From a bacterium (GTDB lineage: Bacteria > RBG-13-61-14 > DATKZS01): 64,000 nt of DNA. Positions 41,624 through 52,392 of the stretch are shown in pieces. How positions within the stretch are numbered: the stretch's first letter is position 1; the number at the start of each line of letters is the position of its first letter. The notes under the pieces are model-generated. The model ran no database searches. It worked only from the letters and a program-made list of their open reading frames with translations, and was not told the DNA's origin. Position numbers and translations under genes: made by a program. Where the stretch lies: NCBI GenBank assembly GCA_963674965.2, contig CAXXFL010000001.1, positions 576,001-640,000 of the forward strand, given 5' to 3'.

Positions 41624-42787
41624 ATGCGGCTGATTCTATTCTCGGGAAAAGGCGGGGTGGGCAAGACCACCATCAGCGCGGCCACGGCTCTTTACGCGGC
41701 ATCCCTCGGTCGTCGGTCCCTGGTGGTCAGCACCGACCTGGCCCACAACCTGGCCGACGTCCTGGAGGCCACCCCTGGACGAAAGTTATGGCGGATCGAG
41801 GAAAAGGCCTGGGCCATGGAAGTGGACGTCCTTTCCGAGCTGTCCAAGGTCTGGGCCGAGTTGAAAGACTACCTGACCGAGCTTCTTTCCTACTTCGGCT
41901 TTTCCACCCTCATGGCCGAGGAAGCCATGCTCCTGCCCGGCGTCTCCGAGTTCTTCTCGCTCTCCGCCGTTTTCGAGGCCGCCGAGACCGGCGACTACGA
42001 CCTGGTGGCCGTTGACTGCGGACCCACGGCCGACACCATGCGCATGCTGGGGTTCGCCGACTCGGCCCCCGAGAAAATCCACAAGTTCCTCCGCCTGCAA
42101 AGGACGGTGGTGTCCATGCTCAGGCCCTTCCAGCGCGGGGTTGAAGTACCCCTTCCCAGGGAGGCGGCCCTGGACCAGCTCGGTCCTCTGGCGGACAGGG
42201 CCGACCGTATCAGGAGGATGCTCGCGGACAAGGGCACGACCTCGGCCCGGCTGGTGATGAACCCGGACGCCCTGTCCATGGCCGAGACCGGGCGGCTTTA
42301 CACTTACCTCAGCCTCTTCGGGCTGGACGTCGATTACCTTGTAATCAACAAGCTCCTTCCCAAGGACTGCCGGGCCGGGAGCCTCGAGGCATTGAGGAGG
42401 ACGCAACTGGAGCGTCTTCACGATATCGGCTCATCCTTTCCCCTCGAGACCGCCACGGTCGAGTTTAGCGGAGAGGAGCCAAGAGGAGCCAAGGCGCTGA
42501 GGGAAATCGGGAAAATGGTCTATGGAGAGCGTGACCCCCTTGCTCATTTCGGCGGCCAATCCAACATGGAATACGGGCGAGACGAAAAAGGCGCCCGGGT
42601 GCTTCGAGTGCCTCTCCCCATCTCGGACAAGTCGGGACTAAAGGTCCGGCAGCAAGGCCCCCAGGTCATACTCGGAATAGGCTCCTATATCAGGATGCTG
42701 ACCCTGCCCGACGGCCTGGCCAACGCTCAGATAGAAAAGGCCTCGGTCGAGCCGGGCATGGTCACTCTAACCTTCGCGGCAAACTGA
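41624..42787 (+). CDS. ArsA/GET3 family ATPase with HSP20-like C-terminal domain
   Basis: GKGGVGKTT, STDLAHNLAD, DCGPT; beta-rich tail. Confidence 0.9.
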   Translation: MRLILFSGKGGVGKTTISAATALYAASLGRRSLVVSTDLAHNLADVLEATPGRKLWRIEEKAWAMEVDVLSELSKVWAELKDYLTELLSYFGFSTLMAEEAMLLPGVSEFFSLSAVFEAAETGDYDLVAVDCGPTADTMRMLGFADSAPEKIHKFLRLQRTVVSMLRPFQRGVEVPLPREAALDQLGPLADRADRIRRMLADKGTTSARLVMNPDALSMAETGRLYTYLSLFGLDVDYLVINKLLPKDCRAGSLEALRRTQLERLHDIGSSFPLETATVEFSGEEPRGAKALREIGKMVYGERDPLAHFGGQSNMEYGRDEKGARVLRVPLPISDKSGLKVRQQGPQVILGIGSYIRMLTLPDGLANAQIEKASVEPGMVTLTFAAN

Positions 42788-42898
42788 AAAAATTTCACCC
42801 TCCAATTGTTCCGTAACCTTCCAGAAAAAGCGGGCATTTAAAAAATCGACCATTGGTCTTGACAATTGTTAAGTTAACCTTACATTTTACTCAAAGAA

Positions 42899-43093
42899 AT
42901 GGAGGTGAGTGAAATGGAAAAAAAAGACCTGTTTAAACTGCTTACCGACTTCAACGAGGTAAGGATCGAGGAGGAAAATTTAAGGCCCCGGGTGGAGATG
43001 TTGGTGGATGAATGGGGCGCGTGGGTACAAAGTCACAAGGCGAGGGAAAGGGGAGAGGAATTTGTTCCCCATTTCGGTATAGGGTGGAACTAA
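42899..43093 (+). CDS. Small hypothetical protein (start probably 42914)
   Basis: GGAGGTG RBS before ATG 42914; TTGACA upstream; terminator downstream. Confidence 0.6.
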   Translation: MEVSEMEKKDLFKLLTDFNEVRIEEENLRPRVEMLVDEWGAWVQSHKARERGEEFVPHFGIGWN

Positions 43094-43118
43094 TACCCTA
43101 TAATCGAATACGGGCTTG

Positions 43119-43154
43119 ACTGGCTCCGGCACTATGCGGGGCCAGTTTTTATTT
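43119..43154 (+). terminator. Rho-independent terminator
   Basis: ACTGGCTCCG-N8-CGGGGCCAGT stem followed by TTTTATTT. Confidence 0.75.
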
Positions 43155-43378
43155 CTATGGCGTCCTTTCATATAAAATCTAATGATTGATGCAAGTTGCA
43201 AGTCACGTTTCATCCTCTGGCCCTATACTTTTTTGATGATCGGTTTTTTCTTAAAGAATGGCCTTGATCTGAAGAACGCTCAATGATATAAATGTAAATG
43301 ACGGTCATATTGGGAGGATTAATTATGAACTCACCTGAAAGAATAATATCTCCGACCTTCTCCCATCCCGAGGCGGGA

Positions 43379-43729
43379 ATGTCGAAAATCTGGATAGTAG
43401 TCATCGCTTTGTTAGTGGTTGGGGGCATTTTTGGCTCCGCGACCTACATTCCCATCTACGGAAAGAAGGGAAAAATCGAGGAAAGGCTGGAATCGAGCAT
43501 GTTCAAGCTTGACATGCTGGGCGAGGACTTGATGTTCGAGCAGTTACAGGCCTGGTTTGACCAGGAAAAAATTGCTATCGACGCCTATGAGGACTGCGTC
43601 TTCGAGGGGGAACTTGGCCAGCCGGGCGTTTTTTATTGCGATTACGTCGAGACCGTCAAATATCCCGGATACACGCATACAATGAAAATGAGGGCCTATA
43701 GAAAACTATCTAAAATACCCTATCAATAA
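43379..43729 (+). CDS. Hypothetical single-TM exported protein
   Basis: N-terminal hydrophobic helix plus a Cys pair; start uncertain. Confidence 0.65.
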   Translation: MSKIWIVVIALLVVGGIFGSATYIPIYGKKGKIEERLESSMFKLDMLGEDLMFEQLQAWFDQEKIAIDAYEDCVFEGELGQPGVFYCDYVETVKYPGYTHTMKMRAYRKLSKIPYQ

Positions 43730-43746
43730 TATTGTCGATTTGACTT

Positions 43747-44025
43747 TCAATCTATTCCAATGGAGAACATCCTCTCCAGGTCGTATTTGGAGAAAGCCTC
43801 GAAGGCGAACAAGGTGGTGGTTCTCTCGATCCCGTCGAGTTCCACCATTTTTTTGGTGACTAACTCGGAGAGCTTCTCGTTTTCCGCGACCCTGATAATG
43901 GCCACCACGTCGTAAGGACCCGCCACGGAATAGGCTTCCGCCACGCCCGGCATCTCCACCAGCCATTGCACCGTTTCGGGTATCATTCCTCTTTTTACGT
44001 TAATAAGCACTATCGCAGTTACCAT
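43747..44025 (-). CDS. Lrp/AsnC ligand-binding-domain protein
   Basis: MVTAIVLINV, AYSVAGPYDVVA, GIERTTT. Confidence 0.9.
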   Translation of the reverse strand: MVTAIVLINVKRGMIPETVQWLVEMPGVAEAYSVAGPYDVVAIIRVAENEKLSELVTKKMVELDGIERTTTLFAFEAFSKYDLERMFSIGID

Positions 44026-44059
44026 CTCAAGCTTCTCCTTTCTCATGGGCGGGGAGAAA

Positions 44060-45526
44060 TCAGCCGATGAATCGAGATTGTCCTCTCCCGGTATAATAAT
44101 CGGCAACGCGCCTTAGCACGGAAAAAGCCCGGTCGGCCGAGTCGAAACAGGGAATTTTCCTTGAAGTATAGTGAAGACGCGCCTCCATCCGCCCTTTTTC
44201 ATTATAAACGTGCTCCGGGTCGGAGGTAATGTCCGGCATTATTACCATGGTGGGCTTGCCGGTTTTTTCCCTGACCTCCTCCGCTGCCTTGGCCAGGTCG
44301 TGGTGGAACTCTATTTTAAACGCGTCGCTTCCCATCCTTCTGGCCTCGTTAAAATGATAGAACAACATCTGATAAAGCGCCAGAAAGTCGATATCGGGCC
44401 GTTTGGCCAATATTTCCATCATGGGCGCGATCACGCTCGGACTCATCATGGGATTGGCAAGGTCCACCGGGTTTGCTCCCCTTCCTCCCGCGGGCGGAAG
44501 CAACGCCTGAAGGCGGCCGGAAGTTTCGGGGTCCAGTTCTGGAACCAAAAAACCGTGATAAGAGGCCCAGTCCAGGCTTTCCACCACCCGTATCCCGCCT
44601 CCGGCCAGGATGCCCGCGCTACGTCCGCTGAACCCTTCGAGGCAGTTGAAGGCCATCAGGCATTCGGTCAAGTCCTTAATGTCCTTCGCCATAACGGCCC
44701 CGGCGCTTTTAATGGCCGCTTCCCAGGCTTGTCTCGATCCGGCCATCGATCCCGTGTGTCCGGCCGCTCCTCGCGGTCCCTGTTCGGACAAGCCGCCTTT
44801 TAAAATGACGACGGGCTTTTTGGCCGCCAGTCCCTTTAAGGCGTTAAAAAAATCCCGGCCGTCATCTATGCCCTCTATGTAGGCCCCCACTATACGGGTA
44901 CGGTGATCGTCCTCGAAATATCGGAGCATCTCCGTCACGCTTATGTCGCAGGCGTTTCCAAGGCTGACGGCGATGGAGAAACGAACGGACCTGCCTCGCG
45001 ACATGTAAATCGCGTCGCACGCCCCGCCGCCGCTTTGCGAAATAAGGCCGACGGGACCCGGTTCCCTCGAGAAATCAACGCCGGGAAGAAGCGTGAGACC
45101 GGCCGCGGGGCTGTAAACGCCGAAACCGTTAGGACCGATCAGCCTGAGGCCCCCGGCCCGGGCGGTCAGAACTAGTTCCCTTTCAAGCGCCTTTCCAGCC
45201 TCTCCTTCCTCGCGGAAGCCGGCCGCGAGTATCTCAGCGCCGGCCACGCCCTTGTCAACGCAAGACCGGACGGCGTCCAAAACCTTCGGGGCTGGAACGG
45301 CGATTACCGCGAAATCCACGGGGCCGGGAACGTCTTGCAGTTTGGCGTAAGTCTTATGCCCGAGTATGCTTTGCCCCCTGGGATTGACGGGATAAAGGTC
45401 CCCCTTGAAGCCGAAATCAGTAAGGGCCCTCATTACCAGCCCGCCGAATTTGAGTGGATTTTCCGAGGCTCCTATCACGGCCAGCTTGCCCGGATAAAAT
45501 ATTGCTTCGTAATTATCGGCCGTCAT
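44060..45526 (-). CDS. ADP-forming acyl-CoA synthetase alpha-subunit-like CoA-binding protein
   Basis: AVIGAS, YPVNP, IGPN, SQSGG, GHTGSMAG, NPVDL. Confidence 0.9.
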   Translation of the reverse strand: MTADNYEAIFYPGKLAVIGASENPLKFGGLVMRALTDFGFKGDLYPVNPRGQSILGHKTYAKLQDVPGPVDFAVIAVPAPKVLDAVRSCVDKGVAGAEILAAGFREEGEAGKALERELVLTARAGGLRLIGPNGFGVYSPAAGLTLLPGVDFSREPGPVGLISQSGGGACDAIYMSRGRSVRFSIAVSLGNACDISVTEMLRYFEDDHRTRIVGAYIEGIDDGRDFFNALKGLAAKKPVVILKGGLSEQGPRGAAGHTGSMAGSRQAWEAAIKSAGAVMAKDIKDLTECLMAFNCLEGFSGRSAGILAGGGIRVVESLDWASYHGFLVPELDPETSGRLQALLPPAGGRGANPVDLANPMMSPSVIAPMMEILAKRPDIDFLALYQMLFYHFNEARRMGSDAFKIEFHHDLAKAAEEVREKTGKPTMVIMPDITSDPEHVYNEKGRMEARLHYTSRKIPCFDSADRAFSVLRRVADYYTGRGQSRFIG

Positions 45527-45628
45527 GACAATGAATACCTCTTTTTTAATTCTTCCATGAAGGCGATGGAACCGGAGCGCTTAGTACTTATATGACAAGG
45601 GGAGACGCCAAGTCTGAGAGGCAAGCCG

Positions 45629-46855
45629 TCACTCGTTGATTTCGTAATCGATTCTCCGATAGAACTTGAACAGTTCCACCAGGTAATTTCTGAAGTCCCT
45701 GTCGAGAAGATTTCTTCTGTACAATGCAATGGAGTTGACTCCCTGCTTTAATTCATCGTTCTTGTGTATTTTCCTGAAACGGTAGTCCTCGAGGGTCAGT
45801 TTTTTCAAAGCGTAAGCAAGGACCATATTTAGCCTGGAGACGAGAGGCCTGCGGGCGAAAAGAAAAGTCTCCGGCTTACTAGTGAAAACGTAGGGCTTTT
45901 TTAGCATCCTGACAAGACTCCCGGAGACGCCGTCGATTTTTTTCTCCAGATCCGGATAAGAGCGGCAAAAAAACCGGTACCCCGTCTCCAGGGGTTTAAA
46001 GCCGGTAATCTCGGAGGATGCCCTGGTAATGATGGCCACGTGCTCGAGCATTTTCTCTCGAACAAGGACTTGGCCCATGCCCTCCCAGTCCAGTTCGCGG
46101 GCGGCGCATAGATGAGCCAAGTCGGACATGGTCATGAATATGAAACTCGAGTCAAAGGGATGGTCGGCCGTCGAGTGAACCGCCGATTGTATAAACCGGT
46201 CCTCCGGGGAAGGTATAAGAGCGCGCTTGTTCTTGTATGACGTAAAAAACGCCTGGTCCCACATCCGGTCCTCGGCGACCTGGCTCGAGACGCCGTTAAG
46301 GGGCTTCAAATTCCAATGGACCTCGATTACGTTGCCCCAATCGTCGACCCATTTGGTGTCCTCCCAGGGACGGTCCTGCAGGGGCGGGAGCTCGCGCCAG
46401 TTTTCCGCTCTTTGAAACGCTTCGCGGACAAGCTCTTTGTCTTCCACGTGCATGAGAACGTCCACGTCCGCGCACATCCTGTGGCCGGGATCGGGATAAT
46501 CCCCGCTCATAATAAGGGCCATGCCCTTGAGAAAGAGCATCCTGACGCCTCGAGCCTCCAGGTCCTCACTGATGGCGAGCATGCGCCGAAGCCTTAAAAA
46601 GTTGAGCGAGGCGATCCTCTGATATAGTTTTTTATACTTCTCCAGTGAGGCTTTGGGAATGAGATGGATAAGGTCGAAATCTCGAAGGCGCGTATAAACA
46701 AGAGGAGTTATATATCTGTCCCCGCCGAGCTTGAAGGTTAAATCCCAGTCCGTGACGGCCTTGGCCGCCTCCAGGACCAGTTCCCTCCTTTCCTCGATGG
46801 TGGGAACCAGGCAAAGGCGTATAAGCTCCAAGGATTTTTCGGTGGATCTTTCCAT
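45629..46855 (-). CDS. Nucleotidyltransferase family protein (NTP_transf_5-like)
   Basis: FLKG, R.CADVDVL, IEVHW, PSPED, SDL. Confidence 0.8.
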   Translation of the reverse strand: MERSTEKSLELIRLCLVPTIEERRELVLEAAKAVTDWDLTFKLGGDRYITPLVYTRLRDFDLIHLIPKASLEKYKKLYQRIASLNFLRLRRMLAISEDLEARGVRMLFLKGMALIMSGDYPDPGHRMCADVDVLMHVEDKELVREAFQRAENWRELPPLQDRPWEDTKWVDDWGNVIEVHWNLKPLNGVSSQVAEDRMWDQAFFTSYKNKRALIPSPEDRFIQSAVHSTADHPFDSSFIFMTMSDLAHLCAARELDWEGMGQVLVREKMLEHVAIITRASSEITGFKPLETGYRFFCRSYPDLEKKIDGVSGSLVRMLKKPYVFTSKPETFLFARRPLVSRLNMVLAYALKKLTLEDYRFRKIHKNDELKQGVNSIALYRRNLLDRDFRNYLVELFKFYRRIDYEINE

Positions 46856-46943
46856 TAGAGGATATTTTCTTCAGTCCTTTCTACAAGACGTCCGCCAATG
46901 GCGACTGAGTCGGGGCGCGCCCTCGCGCCGCCCTCTTTTCGCT

Positions 46944-48167
46944 TCAACCAAGGGTCTCGAGATACGCGTCGATCCTGGTTTTAATTTGCTCCGATTGGTA
47001 AAGCCTGGGGTCTCCATGATCCGTATCCAGGAGGAGCCCGGGTTTTCCCGTCATTCTGGTCACCTCGTTTAGCGTGTCCACCAGCCCCAGGGAAAGGAAA
47101 CGGCACGAGTGGTCCGAATGAAGAATGAAACCGTCGAGGTCGTAGCGCTTGATGGTCTCGGCTATGTCCCAGGCCCGGTCTCGTATCATGGGATCGTAAT
47201 TTTTCAGGTAGTTAACGGCATAGCTCTCGTAGACATTGTCGGGGTCCGCCGCGAGTTGCGCCCACGCTCTCGTGTAATTGTTGGCCACCAGGTTGGCCCC
47301 TCTTTCAAGAAGGATCATGTAAAAGTCCGCGATCGACTGCCACAGGGGAAGGCCGTCCCAGTAAAGGCGATACTTTTCATCGGGTATGCCCCCAATTTTA
47401 TTGTCAACCCGTTCCTTGAGCTCGCCCAGAAGCTTGGTATAGAAATCCACCGTGACCTGGGTGCCTCGCTGATCGACGATGGGAGCCATGGCCATGTACT
47501 GGTCGAAGAGGGTCAGCGGGCTCGGCTTGGCGATCCCGTGCTCGAGCACGAACCACCAGAGCTTGCAGGCCTCGCGGGACAGTTCCATGGTGCTTTTCAA
47601 CTTGGCCGGGTCCATCTTCCTGCCCGTTATCTCCTCCATCCAGCGGACGCACTCCTTGAGCTGGTCCACTATGTACTCGACCACGTAAGGGTCCGGATCG
47701 TGCATGAAACCCCGGCCCTGGCTGGGGATGTCGAGATTGAAAAAGGGAACGTTATAACGCCGGGCAAGCTCCTCGAACCACTTGCCGATGGTCCAGCATT
47801 GCACCGAGCAGAAGATGATCATGTCAGGGTCCGGAATACCGCCAATGGGCGAACTTTCCTTGCCGAGTTCCCGGTAGCCGAGGTCGCAGCGCGTATAGGA
47901 ACAGATGTCGGGCGTGTAACCCTTGGCCTCCGCCGCCTCAGCCGTCTCCAGGGCCTTGTGCTTGGCCTGTAATACGACCGCGTGATTCTCCGGATACGCG
48001 GGCAAAATGTCCATGGCGTAGCAAAGCTCCGTCGGGGCAAGAGCGTTCATGTAACATACCGGCGTGCCCTTCTCCCGAGCCTGGTGAAGACCGACGTGAT
48101 AAAAGAAATTTACCTGCTTTAAGTCCTTTAACGCCTCGATACGCTGGACCTTTAATTCTTCTCCCAT
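46944..48167 (-). CDS. 2-hydroxyacyl-CoA dehydratase/benzoyl-CoA reductase subunit family protein
   Basis: YPENH, DICSY, C...KWFE, HSCR, TRIDAY; AAGGAG RBS before ATG 48167. Confidence 0.9.
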   Translation of the reverse strand: MGEELKVQRIEALKDLKQVNFFYHVGLHQAREKGTPVCYMNALAPTELCYAMDILPAYPENHAVVLQAKHKALETAEAAEAKGYTPDICSYTRCDLGYRELGKESSPIGGIPDPDMIIFCSVQCWTIGKWFEELARRYNVPFFNLDIPSQGRGFMHDPDPYVVEYIVDQLKECVRWMEEITGRKMDPAKLKSTMELSREACKLWWFVLEHGIAKPSPLTLFDQYMAMAPIVDQRGTQVTVDFYTKLLGELKERVDNKIGGIPDEKYRLYWDGLPLWQSIADFYMILLERGANLVANNYTRAWAQLAADPDNVYESYAVNYLKNYDPMIRDRAWDIAETIKRYDLDGFILHSDHSCRFLSLGLVDTLNEVTRMTGKPGLLLDTDHGDPRLYQSEQIKTRIDAYLETLG

Positions 48168-48302
48168 AAAGTACTCCTTAAACGATTGATACAGCGTATT
48201 AAAAATATCACGGACGGTCAATTTTAACAAGGATTCATATCATGGACCCGCCTGAGGCCCGGACGTTTGCTTTCCTTATGGGTCTCCTGCAAAATTACAA
48301 CG

Positions 48303-49879
48303 ATGAAATCGGCGCCGCAAAAAGCCGAGCGGAAGGAGCGGAGGGAAGCCATATTTCGCCTGGCCCTGATACCGGCTTTGGCCTTTTGCTTCATCTTTTC
48401 CTCCAACCTGTTCCTCAACTTCCAACTGGACGGAGCTTATCCGGCTCGGGAGTATTTTCCCCTGGACGCGTCTTACTCGAGCCTGGTTTACGCCTCGTCC
48501 TTTTCCAGGAACGCCCGCTTCGAGTTCAGCCCCGTCGGGTCCGGCGCCGGGCCCGTCTCACCGCTGTGGTCCATCCTCGAAAGCCCTTTCATGCTCCTCT
48601 CGAAAAAAACCGGGACGCCGGCCGAGGTCCCGGTCTTTTTCCTGGCCCCCGCGCTGGCCGCCGCCCTGGCCATATGCGTTTATTCATGGGGAAGGGAATC
48701 CTTTGGCGGGGTCGCGATGGGAGGCCTGGCCGCGGCCGCCGTGACCCTCGATCCCGGACTTTGCTATTCCCGCTTTTCCGGGACCGAAATAGTCCTTTGC
48801 TGCTGCCTGCTCGTCTCGGCCTGCCACGCCTGGCAGGAGAAAAAAATCATCGCCGCCTCGGCGCTGTCGGCGCTGGCCTCGCTTACGCGCCCCGAGAGCG
48901 CCGCCCTCCTCCTTCTTTTCGTCGCCTTCGAGAGTCGATCCATGCAAGGTTTAAAGAGGCGACTTACGCTTGTCGCGCCCACCCTGGCCGTCTTCGCGGC
49001 ATGGGCCCTCTTCTCTCACCGAGCCGCGGGACACTTTCTGCCTCCCTGGTTTCGAGCCGACCTGGACCCGTCCTTTTCCTTTAAAAAGATTTACTGGGTG
49101 ACGCTGAAAACCGGATTCAACGAGCCTTACCTGTGGTGGGGACTGGGATTGATTTTCTACGTTATCGGCGCCGCGGCCATGGTTTCCCGCTTTAAAACCC
49201 GCGCCGCTCCGGCCATTGTTTTTCCCTGGCCTACATGGTCCTTATCGCCTGCCTGTGGAAGATGGACGACTTAAGCTCATACGCGGACCACATGGTCTTT
49301 CAGCCCTGCGCGCCTTTCCTGGCCGCTCCCTGGGCCGCCGGCGTGGCCATGTCCCTTTCGACCTTCACGGAAAGGACGAATAACGAAAGACGAAAAAAAG
49401 AACTCGCCGCCGCCCTTGTCCTTATAACCCTCGTCCTCGTGGTGGTGGTCCTTTATCCCTGGAGGATGGAAACCGTCCGCCTGCGCGCCCTCCTGGCCCA
49501 GGACTGCCTCCGCGTGGGAGCCACAAGGGTGGCCATGGGAAAGTGGATCGAGGCCAACGTCGGCAAGGACGATGCCGTCGCCGCCGACGAGGCGGGCGCG
49601 ATAAGATATTTCGGTAAGCGAAAAACTCTCGACCTGAGCGGCAAAAACGACGCGGAGTCCCTCGCCGACAAGGCCGGAGCCATTTTGAAAGCCAAGCCCG
49701 CCTTGATCGTCACCGCCAGGAAAAACCCGAGCCGCGTCTCCCTCGAGCAAGACCTTTGGTCTCCGCTCAAGCTGGGACCGGGCAAGGTTGTTTATTTGAA
49801 GCCCGTCTTTGCCATCGACTTGGATGGCGACTTCATAACCGCGTATAAAACGAGCTACGAGCCTCCCCGGGATTTCTAG
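48303..49879 (+). pseudogene. Frameshifted membrane GT-C-like protein (ORFs 48303..49274 and 49235..49879)
   Basis: VSPLW, SGTE, LTRPE in part 1; GKWI...VAADEAGAIRYF..LDL.G in part 2; one added base at TTTTTCCCTG (~49219-49228) joins the frames. Confidence 0.7.
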
Positions 49880-49896
49880 CCAATAAGTCGGGCCGG

Positions 49897-50595
49897 TTAT
49901 GCGTCGGTACGGCTTGTAAGCACGAGTTCTTTGAGCAGGGGCGTAAAAACGTATAATAGAGTTTCTTTTACCCACGTCCTGTATTCCCCGCCATTTGGGT
50001 CCATGCCCAATATCTCGGCCTGGCTGGGAGCTGCCCCGAGGTAATTTATGACTAAGGTGTTAAAAGTGTTTATAAATCTTCCAATTTTTTTAGAATCTTC
50101 CTTGAGGGGAATGACGCTCTCGAAGGTGGCCCTGGTTTTTTCGAGGGCCTCGAGAATATGCTGGTAGCCGGGGATTTCTTCCAGCCTCTCGATGAGAGGA
50201 CCGTTTAGCGCCATGATGCGAAGCGGCTCGGGATTGGCAAAATGAAAATCCAAAAGCAGGTCAAGATATAAGGCGAAATCATCCGAGGTTGGTGACCGGT
50301 CCAGCGCCTCGAGCCACCTCTTGTTCCCTTCATAGTACTCGTTGCAGGCCTTGGCCACCACCGCCTCGAAAAGGTCGGCCTTGGTGGGGAAGTAATAGGA
50401 GATGAGCTGATGGTCGAACCCCCCCGCCTTTCCCACCATCCTGACGGTGGCCATGTGGTAAGGCTGCTCGGCAAAGACCTTTCCCGCGGCCAAAAGGATT
50501 CTCTGCCTCGAGTTCTCGGCGGGCTCTCCGTTTGGCGTTTCCCGATTATTAATGTCCGTGGGCTGGACATTTTTTTTCCGGGTCATGACGTCCAT
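49897..50595 (-). CDS. TetR/AcrR family regulator
   Basis: RQRILLAAGKVFAE, ISYYFPTKADLF. Confidence 0.92.
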   Translation of the reverse strand: MDVMTRKKNVQPTDINNRETPNGEPAENSRQRILLAAGKVFAEQPYHMATVRMVGKAGGFDHQLISYYFPTKADLFEAVVAKACNEYYEGNKRWLEALDRSPTSDDFALYLDLLLDFHFANPEPLRIMALNGPLIERLEEIPGYQHILEALEKTRATFESVIPLKEDSKKIGRFINTFNTLVINYLGAAPSQAEILGMDPNGGEYRTWVKETLLYVFTPLLKELVLTSRTDA

Positions 50596-50703
50596 GTTAC
50601 CGCCGCCGTTTGCCGTCTGTCAAATAAGGCCTTGACAAGGCGCGGCCTGGTATGCTAACTTTCTTTTGACAATCGGCAAAATGTGCCGAACAGTAGGAAA
50701 TAC

Positions 50704-51152
50704 ATGAATACCATCGAGCAAAAAATAACGGACTTCATAAAACGCAAGGCGTTTATATCGTGGAGTTCGCGGACCGCGTAGGGGTAAAGAGTCCGGGCCT
50801 GCTGAAAAACGAGCGCATACTTACCTGCGGCCAGCGCGCTCTCGTGTGCGGCCCGACCCTGGAGGAGTGCCGCAAAAGATACGATCTTCTCCTGAACGGC
50901 GGCTTCGTCGTGCCCGGTCCCAACGACGAGATTGCCGTGGTCGCCACCTACGAGAAGGCCCTCGAGATGAGAAAAAAATATTCGCCCCGGGTCCCGGCCT
51001 CTCATAAGCTGAAGGACTTTGCGGCCTCCACCATAATGTGGCATCAATATTACGGAGGCCTAGAGCCTGGGTCCATAATCGGCGGCTTTATTTACAATGG
51101 GAAATTGAAGAAAGCGTCGCGGGAAAAGATCAATGGAAGAGGGGGACCGTAA
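50704..51152 (+). pseudogene. Degraded gene, possibly QueG-like (frameshift near 50742, probable internal deletion)
   Basis: MNTIEQKITDFIK continues in another frame as QGVYIVEFAD, then LTCGQRALVCGP (a broken CxxCxxxC). Confidence 0.45.
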
Positions 51153-51206
51153 AAAGCGCGGGCGAAAATGCCGGACCTGGATGGCGCTCGGGCAAAGGAA
51201 AAAACA

Positions 51207-51716
51207 ATGAAGGAAAAACAGGACTCCACACCCGAAAAAGCCTCGTCCCTGGCCGGCGAGTACGAGAAAAAATGCACCGGCTGCGCCCAGTCGGTGGTGG
51301 CCGCCCTGCTTGACGCTTTCGGCCTTGACAACGACGACGTGTTCAAGGCGGCGAGCGGCCTGGCCGACGGAATCGGACTGACGGGAGACGGGTCCTGCGG
51401 GGCCCTTACCGGAGGGTCCATGTTCATTGGCCTGATGACGGGACGGGAGAGGAAGGACCACAATGATATAATGAAACCAATGAAGTCCTACCTCGCGTGC
51501 GCCGCCCTACATAAGGACTTCATCGAGAGGTATGGAAGCTGCCGCTGTCACGATATCCAGGAAAAGCTCATGGGCCGGACCTTTAACCTCCTCGAGCCCG
51601 GCGACCTCAAGGCCGCGGCCAATATGGGCATGATGGAGCACTGCGCCGGGGTCACGGGGGCCGCCGCCAAAAAAGCCGCCACGCTTGTTCTCGAGATGGC
51701 GGATGGTGCAAAATAA
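51207..51716 (+). CDS. C-GCAxxG-C-C family redox protein
   Basis: GCAQSV, SCGALTGG, GSCRC, HCAG. Confidence 0.88.
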   Translation: MKEKQDSTPEKASSLAGEYEKKCTGCAQSVVAALLDAFGLDNDDVFKAASGLADGIGLTGDGSCGALTGGSMFIGLMTGRERKDHNDIMKPMKSYLACAALHKDFIERYGSCRCHDIQEKLMGRTFNLLEPGDLKAAANMGMMEHCAGVTGAAAKKAATLVLEMADGAK

Positions 51717-51736
51717 CGGAGTAAAAGGAGAATGTC

Positions 51737-52195
51737 ATGGCGAAGTTAATGAAGGTTGAAGAGATGAAAAAAAGCGTCGGCCAGGAGATAGGCGTCTCGG
51801 ATTGGTTCCTGATCGACCAGGACCGGATCAACGCCTTTGCCGAGTGCACCGAGGACCGGCAGTTCATCCACGTTAACGTGGAGATGGCCCAAAAGGGACC
51901 ATTTGGAGCGACCATCGCCCACGGGTATCTGACCTTGTCGCTGCTGTCTTATTTCAACGCTCAGACCGCCCTTCTTCCCGAGGGCATGAAGATGGCCATC
52001 AATTACGGCCTCAACAAGGTCAGGTTCTTAACGCCCGTCAAGGTCGGCTCCCGGGTGAGGAACCGCGCCGTGCTAAAGAACGTCGAGGAAAAGGGAGGCG
52101 GCCGCGTGCTGGTGACGACCGAGAACTCGGTCGAGATCGAGGGCGAGGAAAAACCCGCCATGGTGGCCGAGTCGTTGGCCATGTTCTTCACCTGA
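51737..52195 (+). CDS. MaoC family dehydratase
   Basis: DRQFIHV, GATIAHGYLTLSL, NYGLNKVRF. Confidence 0.93.
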   Translation: MAKLMKVEEMKKSVGQEIGVSDWFLIDQDRINAFAECTEDRQFIHVNVEMAQKGPFGATIAHGYLTLSLLSYFNAQTALLPEGMKMAINYGLNKVRFLTPVKVGSRVRNRAVLKNVEEKGGGRVLVTTENSVEIEGEEKPAMVAESLAMFFT

Positions 52196-52265
52196 CAGGC
52201 GCGCGGGAGAGGGAGGGCGCCAGCGAGAACTATCGGCCGCCCCCAACAGAACAGTTCTGGGGACC

Positions 52266-52392
52266 AGTTCTGGGGACAGCGTACTTAATTTGAAAATCAA
52301 CTGGGTTCCTCGACGATGAATATTGATGAAATATTCATAAACGCCTCTCTAGCCTTAAATAAAGGCGAGATAAGTATGCTGTCCCCAGATCT
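52266..52392. mobile_element. 127-bp TIR element, copy 2
   Basis: AGTTCTGGGGACAGCGTACTTA...TAAGTATGCTGTCCCCAGATCT. Confidence 0.85.

Noticed and set aside
45629-46855. Lasso peptide/RiPP cluster around the nucleotidyltransferase
   Set aside because: No PqqD/RRE, B2 protease, cyclase or precursor gene is nearby.
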